This document shows, one piece after another, positions 55,555 to 64,000 of a DNA stretch of 64,000 bases (position 1 is its first letter; every line of letters begins with the position of its first letter). The DNA is from Auanema rhodensis (lineage: Eukaryota; Animalia; Nematoda): contig OZ059898.1 of the NCBI GenBank assembly GCA_964057225.1, positions 15,314,001 through 15,378,000 of the forward strand. Direction: 5' to 3'. A program made the translations under genes and the position numbers. The notes under the pieces are model-generated. The model was not told the DNA's origin and ran no database searches. It was given only the letters and a program-made list of their open reading frames with translations.

Positions 55555-56423
55555 CTCCTTCTGTACTTAGGTCACTTGCTCTCCCTCTCTCTCTTTGTGT
55601 TTCTAACCCATATCATTCGTTTCCGAACTTGAATTCTGTGTTTTTCTGTTAACCAGATTTTCAAATTATTTTGTTATTCTAAGTCCAGAGTTTCAGAAAT
55701 TAGAAGAATTAAAAAACTGAAGAAGTATGTATAAACATTGAAAGAATTAATTTAATTTTCAGTTAACTATATGTTATAATTAAGTTTTTCATAGTATTAT
55801 ATCTAATTTATACAACCTTATAATCTTTTTTTGATTAAAGATAATGAGATTTATTGTACTAAATGTCATAAAAACTTTAAAATTAATAAAGATATTGATT
55901 GAATATAACAAAGAAAATATATTTTATTATATAAACGATAAGATTCAAACATAAAAAATATTATTTTAAAGATAAAATGATAATTAATCGTAATAGTTTA
56001 TAGTAAAATCGACCATTTAGTGCAGAGTTTGGAGTGTAGGAAGTAGGGGGGGGGGGGAGGAGTGTGGGAAAAGGGGTTTGTCTAATGCTCTTGTAGCTGC
56101 CTAGACTACAAAATTTTTGTAGTGATTATTCAATTCTTAAGAAATAATCATATTAGAAGCTAAAGTTTTAAAAATATTGACTTGTATTTCCTTTTATGCT
56201 ATTCATACTTATCTATTTCATGTTTTCCTATTATTCATTTTATTTTGAAAGAAAAAGGAACTACAAACTTAAGCTACGAAACTTGAACTATAAAACTGAG
56301 CAAACTTGAGCTAAACTCATTATTTAAGTTGAAACTCATGCTTAAATACATGTTTTCAACTTGACTTCCTTGCACAAAAGCCTAATACTTAAGTTTCTTT
56401 GATGCACATTGAAAACAAATTGT

Positions 56424-56550
56424 TTTCTCTCTCTCAACAAATCTTTCTTTCTCTCTCTCTCTCTCTCAACAAATCTCTCTTTCTCTCTCTCTCTCTCAAC
56501 AAATCTCTCTTTCTCTCTCTCTCTCTCAACAAATCTCTCTTTCTCTCTCT
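56424..56550 (+). repeat. 30-bp minisatellite built on (CT)n with a CAACAAAT spacer, about 4 copies
   Basis: CTCTCTCAACAAATCTCTCTTTCTCTCTCT repeated at 56461, 56491 and 56521, plus a degenerate first copy. Confidence 0.9.
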
Positions 56551-57427
56551 TCCTTCAAAAACTCTCTCTAGATGATGCTAATACTTCATGCCAAAGATCA
56601 TTTCAAATATTTTTGATAATTCATAGATGCTTATCTTCAAAATCTCAGTTTCTTATCATTAACCAAATGTTTGATTCATAAAAAAAATCGTTTACAACTA
56701 CTATTTCCACTATTTTTCATGTTTTTCTTTTGTTTTCACAAAAAAAATCAAATCAAATATCCATTTCGTTGTTCTCAAATAATTTCTCTAAACATGTATG
56801 TTTCATGTTCTTATATTAATCTTAACAAAGGTCATTTCTATATAATAAGTACAATTAAAAAAAGATTTTCAAATTGATTTTACAGATTTTGTACGAAAAT
56901 TATTTTTTTTTTGTTTTTTGTATTGATTTTTTAATTTTTTTGTCTTTTTAATCATTTTTTTTTCATTTTTTTTCTTTTTTTCATTAAATTTCTCATATAT
57001 TTTCAGAATTTACTATTTATATCGAATGATTATCAGAATATTTCAGTTTTTTTATTTCTAAAAGTCTGTTGTGTTCTCAATAATTCTTTTACTTTTCCTT
57101 TTCTTTAAAAATTTATTTGAAAATTCGGCTAATATACAACATGTTATGTGATATTCTCACAGTTTCCTCAATAACTATATCAAATAATTATAATTTTATT
57201 TAATTTTTCAATGATTGTTTCGTTTTTCTTCGTAATAATACCATTTTCTTCAAATATCCTGTTCAAACTCTGCTTGGACAGCAGCTGATGTGAGTTCTTC
57301 TCACTATTCCTTCAGCAAATTCTTCTATTTTTCTAAATTTTCTTGTATTTGATCTCTATTTTCAATTTTTTTCATATGAAATTTCTGAAATTGTAGATTA
57401 GGCACAATTTAATTTCTTCTTATTCGA

Positions 57428-59120
<1,693 letters not shown>

Positions 59121-59450
59121 CCAACAGAATAGTTCTCTTTTTAAATTGTTTCTTATTGATAAATTTATAATCATATATAAATCTGTATTAGAAATATTGT
59201 ATTCGGGAATGATCCTTGAAATATTCAAAAAATTGAATGAAAATTATTTATTTTCAATCACAATCTTCTGTAACATTTTACACATCGAAGGTGAGTCAAG
59301 TTTTAATTCAAGTTTTAGAATTCGTTGAAGCTTTTATTGTTTAGCTTTTGCAGAGTCACTTGTTCGTATTTGGCTTTTGTGGAACATCTTCACCCTTTCT
59401 CAGAAATCTTGTAAAATCTAAATTTGTTGTTCAAAATATCCAAAAGCTTA

Positions 59451-59522
59451 TTCCGTTGCGGGGAATCGAACCCCGGCCTTATGGGTGAGAGCCATAAATC
59501 CTAACCACTAGACCACAACGGA
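59451..59522 (-). tRNA. tRNA-Glu(CTC)
   Basis: TCCGTTGTGGTCTAGTGGTTAGGATTTATGG-CT-CTC-AC-CCATAAGGCCGGGGTTCGATTCCCCGCAACGGAA, 72-nt cloverleaf. Confidence 0.97.
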
Positions 59523-59638
59523 CATGTAATTCTCTTCAAATTATATATCTTTGTTTTCAAAGAAGAACAGATGCTTTTATTCGACTCAATGTTACAGCAC
59601 ACGTCAATCATGATGAACAGAAAAATGGTCATATTCAT

Positions 59639-59711
59639 GGCCGCGTGGCGCAATGGATAACGCGTCTGCCTACGGAGCAGAAGATTGTAGGTTCGAATCC
59701 TGCCGTGGTCG
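59639..59711 (+). tRNA. tRNA-Arg(ACG)
   Basis: GGCCGCGTGGCGCAATGGATAACGCGTCTGC-CT-ACG-GA-GCAGAAGATTGTAGGTTCGAATCCTGCCGTGGTCG, 73 nt, with a TTTT terminator. Confidence 0.97.
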
Positions 59712-59899
59712 TAACTTTTGGAAAATGTCTCTCCAGCGTTAAATTTGTCATACAAATTTTTTTCTTGTTTCTGTGAGAAGATAATACATAGTCTGTCTAT
59801 ATGGTCACTTGTTCGTATTTGGCTTTTGTGGAACATCTTCACCCTTTCTCAGAAATCTTGTAAAATCTAAATTTGTTGTTCAAAATATCCAAAAGCTTA

Positions 59900-59971
59900 T
59901 TCCGTTGCGGGGAATCGAACCCCGGCCTTATGGGTGAGAGCCATAAATCCTAACCACTAGACCACAACGGA
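59900..59971 (-). tRNA. tRNA-Glu(CTC)
   Basis: Identical to the 59451-59522 copy. Confidence 0.97.
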
Positions 59972-60087
59972 CATGTAATTCTCTTCAAATTATATATCTT
60001 TGTTTTCAAAGAAGAACAGATGCTTTTATTCGACTCAATGTTACAGCACACGTCAATCATGATGAACAGAAAAATGGTCATATTCAT

Positions 60088-60160
60088 GGCCGCGTGGCGC
60101 AATGGATAACGCGTCTGCCTACGGAGCAGAAGATTGTAGGTTCGAATCCTGCCGTGGTCG
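60088..60160 (+). tRNA. tRNA-Arg(ACG)
   Basis: Identical to the 59639-59711 copy. Confidence 0.97.
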
Positions 60161-60739
60161 TAACTTTTGGAAAATGTCTCTCCAGCATTAAATTTGTCAT
60201 ACAATTTTTTTTCTTGTTTTTGTGAGAAGATAATACATAATCTGTCTGTTGTTCGTATTTGGATTCAGCTTTTCTATATCTTCTGAAAACAGTATAACAT
60301 ACCGAACATTGTCGCTTCGGCGAAGGTATTTCGTGTTGCAGGTTTCCATTGAAGATCCATAGAACAGATACTCATTGGTAGAATGCTTTATTAATGAGGT
60401 TAACGGTTTCAACAAAGTATAGAACGTCTATAGTCAGTTGAGTTTTGGTTGAGGTATGTTGTGGTTGCGATCCTAAGGATGACGATATAGGAAGGCGTGC
60501 CGAAAAGTACAACCTGAAATAGAAAAAGAAAAGAAAAACGATGAAAAACAAAAAACTAAAATGGAACAAAACATAGGAAAAACATAAGAAAATAGTCGCA
60601 AACCGCGACAAACATCTTGACCCTTTTTCGGAAATCTTGTTTGTTGTTCAAAATATCCAAAAGTTTACAGATGCTTTTATTCAACTCTCATGTTACAGCA
60701 CACGTCAATCATGATGAATAGAAAAATGGTCATATTCGT

Positions 60740-60812
60740 GGCCGCGTGGCGCAATGGATAACGCGTCTGCCTACGGAGCAGAAGATTGCAGGTTCGAATC
60801 CTGCCGTGGTCG
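60740..60812 (+). tRNA. tRNA-Arg(ACG), T-stem variant
   Basis: Same sequence except GTAGG to GCAGG in the T-stem, which converts a U-G pair to C-G. Confidence 0.96.
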
Positions 60813-60959
60813 TAACTTTTGGAAATTGTAACTCTGTAACCAAATTCTATAATAGTTTTTGTTTGTTTTGATGAATTTATTCAAGTTTTCGGGACATAAA
60901 CCTTAAAAATATTTTTGCGATTGATTTTCTAAATTATATTTCAAATTTAATTTTTGAAT

Positions 60960-61405
60960 TTTATTTGATTTCCTGGAAAGATATCCACTCCTCACAAAAT
61001 ATATTTCGGGACTTCATACAAAACTTTCTTAAGGTCATCATTGTCGAATTTCTTAAGAGAGCTGGGTCTTGGACAATCTTTAAAATTGATTTCTCCGCAT
61101 ATGAAAATGGAAAGCCATTTGTTACATGTACTAGAAGCAGGATATGTAAATCCATATACAGCTTCCATTTTTACAGAAAGCTTGTTTAGCAAAAATTCTT
61201 TCATTAAGATGATAAAAAAGATTTTGGCACATATGAGCTACGAACCACAGCATATTTTCGTAAAATTTTGAAAAATTAGTGTGAGGGCCACGGAACGAAG
61301 AAGTTAGCGACCTAGTATTAGTAAATTACAACGTCATTGTTACACTTTTAACAAAAAAAAATTTGAACTGGAACCCGTTAAACGATTAACATGTTCCGAC
61401 TCGTA
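60960..61405 (-). mobile_element. Mariner transposon relic (5' part: TIR-like end plus frameshifted N-terminal transposase HTH)
   Basis: The minus strand reads HMCQNLFYHLNERIFAKQAF, then after a frameshift KMEAVYGFTYPASSTCNKWLSIFICGEINFKDCPRPSSLKKFDNDDLKKVLYEVP. This matches the mariner N-terminal consensus (VYG...T...WF..F..G...L.D..R.GRP...D.D.L...V..DP). TA-CGAGTCGGAAC at 61405 resembles a mariner terminus. No DDD catalytic region or second TIR was seen. Confidence 0.8.
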
Positions 61406-61535
61406 TTTCAGTGGTATCAGTGACATTTGCTGCTATGTCTGCAACAAAACATCAATCATGATTATCTATGATTCTTGGTTTTATTTATTTTGATATTTTA
61501 GCCTTCTTGAACTATTATTTTTCTCTTTTAAACAT

Positions 61536-61608
61536 GGCCGCGTGGCGCAATGGATAACGCGTCTGCCTACGGAGCAGAAGATTGTAGGTTCGAATCCTGC
61601 CGTGGTCG
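61536..61608 (+). tRNA. tRNA-Arg(ACG)
   Basis: Identical to the 59639-59711 copy, with a different 5' flank. Confidence 0.97.
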
Positions 61609-61796
61609 TAACTTTTGGAAAATGTCTCTCCAGCGTTAAATTTGTCATACAAATTTTTTTCTTGTTTCTGTGAGAAGATAATACATAGTCTGTCTATATG
61701 GTCACTTGTTCGTATTTGGCTTTTGTGGAACATCTTCACCCTTTCTCAGAAATCTTGTAAAATCTAAATTTGTTGTTCAAAATATCCAAAAGCTTA

Positions 61797-61868
61797 TTCC
61801 GTTGCGGGGAATCGAACCCCGGCCTTATGGGTGAGAGCCATAAATCCTAACCACTAGACCACAACGGA
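61797..61868 (-). tRNA. tRNA-Glu(CTC)
   Basis: Identical to the 59451-59522 copy. Confidence 0.97.
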
Positions 61869-61984
61869 CATGTAATTCTCTTCAAATTATATATCTTTGT
61901 TTTCAAAGAAGAACAGATGCTTTTATTCGACTCAATGTTACAGCACACGTCAATCATGATGAACAGAAAAATGGTCATATTCAT

Positions 61985-62057
61985 GGCCGCGTGGCGCAAT
62001 GGATAACGCGTCTGCCTACGGAGCAGAAGATTGTAGGTTCGAATCCTGCCGTGGTCG
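61985..62057 (+). tRNA. tRNA-Arg(ACG)
   Basis: Identical to the 59639-59711 copy. Confidence 0.97.
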
Positions 62058-63017
62058 TAACTTTTGGAAATTGTAACTTCATTGAAAATGTTTTGAAGGT
62101 TTTTAACAAACTTGAGTTATTTTGTTAAATCTTATCATATAATTAGAAAAAATATAAAAAATTAACATTTATTGCTATATGTAATAGTATTGCCACGGGG
62201 GATATGTACACATTAAGGGAGAAGGGGGAATTATGGAGGTTGGGAGGGAAAATGAAGGAAGGGAACAAAGGATTGAACATTGGTATCTGAATATAGTAAT
62301 CATCTCACCGCAACTATGACCGTAAGTCAGCATGTCATCACCTAACAATTAATATTTTTAACAAGAAAAAATGACAATTGGCAGTTATTTTACAAGTTCA
62401 CATTCAGAAAATTCTCAAAATTTTCAAAATATAAGGTATAATTGCGATAAGAATTGAAGAAAATATTAAGTAAAGAAGATATATATATATATATAGAGAA
62501 GTCACAGGGTAGATGGAAAAATGAAGGCCAACTGGAATCACAATCTATTCACCATTTATGTTTTATTTGAATAAATTGAATTATATTTGTATTACTAAGA
62601 GGTTAAATTATTGAAACCGGGATGAAAAAGTATTGGAAAAGCATGAAGACATGAGAGACTAGATACCATTGTTGGAAAACCTGTATGAATATGGAGGGCA
62701 AGAGAGATATAAGAATCTTCTATAGTTATAGTTATATAAGAAGAATAAATTTAAATTCTACAATCGTTTTTGTCTACAGTAGTTAAAAGTGTTTGAAAAA
62801 AAGTTTGTGTTTCATTCAAAATAACCGAAAATGACGACAAACAAGCAGTTTGAACCCGGCTATGTATGTACCCGTATATGGAATTGATTTAAATCTCAAT
62901 GAACTTAGAGATTATGAGATGAAAATCAAAGAAAAAACGTAGAAATCTGATGAAATGACTGTGGTAATGTGAAATTTTGCTCAATATATATGGTATATTA
63001 ACTAGAAGAAAGTAGTT

Positions 63018-63061
<44 letters not shown>

Positions 63062-63456
63062 GGAGAGGGAGACAGGGAGGGGAAGGAAAAGAAGGGGAAG
63101 AAAGGGCAAAGAGATCACAGATGATGAAGCATTTCAGCTTCAGAATCAACTGATTTTAATCTATAATTATAAACATAATCACAAACTTTCTGGAAAAAAG
63201 GGAAATGAAATTTAAATGAAAAAAAAATTAACATAGAAATCTTTGATCTAATAAAATGTTCTGAACCGGTATTACGATTTAAGGAAATTTTTCTCGAATT
63301 TCGTTATTCTGTGACACTGAGTGAAGGGAGAGTAAAGCAGATTCTTCCGCTATGTTAGTGTGTGTGTATATATATAAACAGGAAGATATGCTAGAAAGGC
63401 AGAAGAGGCTTGTAGAACTATGAGCCATGTGCTGAGGCTGACACAGCTTGCTTCGG

Positions 63457-64000
63457 CTATAAGAATCCGGAAGCTGGAGCAGAAAAGTTATCGTTTTCAT
63501 CTCCTTCTTCTAAATCGTGCATGTCGAAATCAGGAACTCTGAAAAACATTGAGATATCAGCAAATGAAGAGAAAATGATTGAACTGACCTATCTGTTTGA
63601 TCGAACAAGCTATAGTTTACTTCATATTTACCCAACTTTTCATTCAGAGTTACCATAGTTTTGAATCTGTAACATGAAATTTGTGGACTTTTGATCTTTT
63701 TTCATCAAATCTGAGGATTCAGATGCCTTTTCTCAGTAACGTACCTATGACCCCAAAGAATTTCGCTGGGCAAAAACGATGTTCTGGCTTGAAATGTCAT
63801 ACCAGTTGCTTCAACTATGCCTTCGACCGTCATAATAATCTCAAAATCAGCATCTTGTAATGATTCTCGTGTCATTCCATGTAAAGGACTATTCTCATCA
63901 ATCACATGTCGCACAACTATTGGCCTAAAATTAGATGAAGATGATGTTAGATATGAAGCAGTGTATCATGAAATTCTTACCATAGAAGCAGGACACGATC
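63457..64000 (-). CDS. irk-2: Inward-rectifier potassium channel (Kir), 3' exons only; the gene runs off the window
   Basis: Four spliced pieces give DRVLLLWPIVVRHVIDENSPLHGM...[40 protein letters not shown]...YEVNYSLFDQ...ASGFL*, the Kir cytoplasmic domain. The Kir call is secure; the irk-2 assignment rests on recalled similarity. A putative polyA signal at about 62168-62173 implies a roughly 1.3-kb 3'UTR. Confidence 0.88.

Larger units (their letters stand above)
59355..62075. repeat. Tandem/dispersed array of a 449-bp unit carrying divergent tRNA-Glu and tRNA-Arg genes
   Basis: The unit start GTCACTTGTTCGTATTTGG recurs at 59355, 59804 and about 61702. There is a degenerate unit at about 60610-60830. 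Block 61533-62070 is nearly identical to 59636-60173. Confidence 0.95.

Noticed and set aside
59501-61739. Repeated minus-strand ORFs containing HGRIRTYNLLLRRQTRYPLRH
   Set aside because: They are the antisense reading of tRNA-Arg genes in the repeat.
59355-62075. CRISPR-like repeat-spacer array
   Set aside because: The repeats are tRNA genes with identical spacers in a eukaryotic context, and there are no cas genes.

Overview
AT-rich eukaryotic DNA from a rhabditid nematode, judged from TTTCAG 3' splice sites, many 40-60 nt introns, TTAGGC telomere-like hexamers and tRNAs matching Caenorhabditis types; the species is not identifiable from sequence alone. Splicing exons by hand gives eight protein-coding genes. 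(1) Glypican lon-2, minus strand, 11 exons, with an 11-kb intron. (2) A 75-aa coiled-coil orphan. (3) A secreted orphan. (4) An Srt-family chemoreceptor with a MITE in one intron. (5) An F-box/LRR-like gene. (6) A BTBD8-like double-BTB gene. (7) An HPPD-family dioxygenase paralog (C31H2.4-like). (8) The 3' end of an inward-rectifier K+ channel. RNA genes are tRNA-Ser(AGA) and an amplified array of head-to-head tRNA-Glu(CTC)/tRNA-Arg(ACG) pairs interrupted by a mariner relic. Two leads stand out. First, a candidate internal promoter plus an in-frame signal peptide in lon-2 intron 8 could yield a 142-aa 'mini-glypican' with only the HS sites and GPI signal. Second, the HPPD paralog carries hydroxymandelate-synthase/HPDL-type active-site substitutions. 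Most short ORFs in the supplied track are microsatellite or antisense artefacts. Gene models and homologies come from manual reading and recall, not from database searches.
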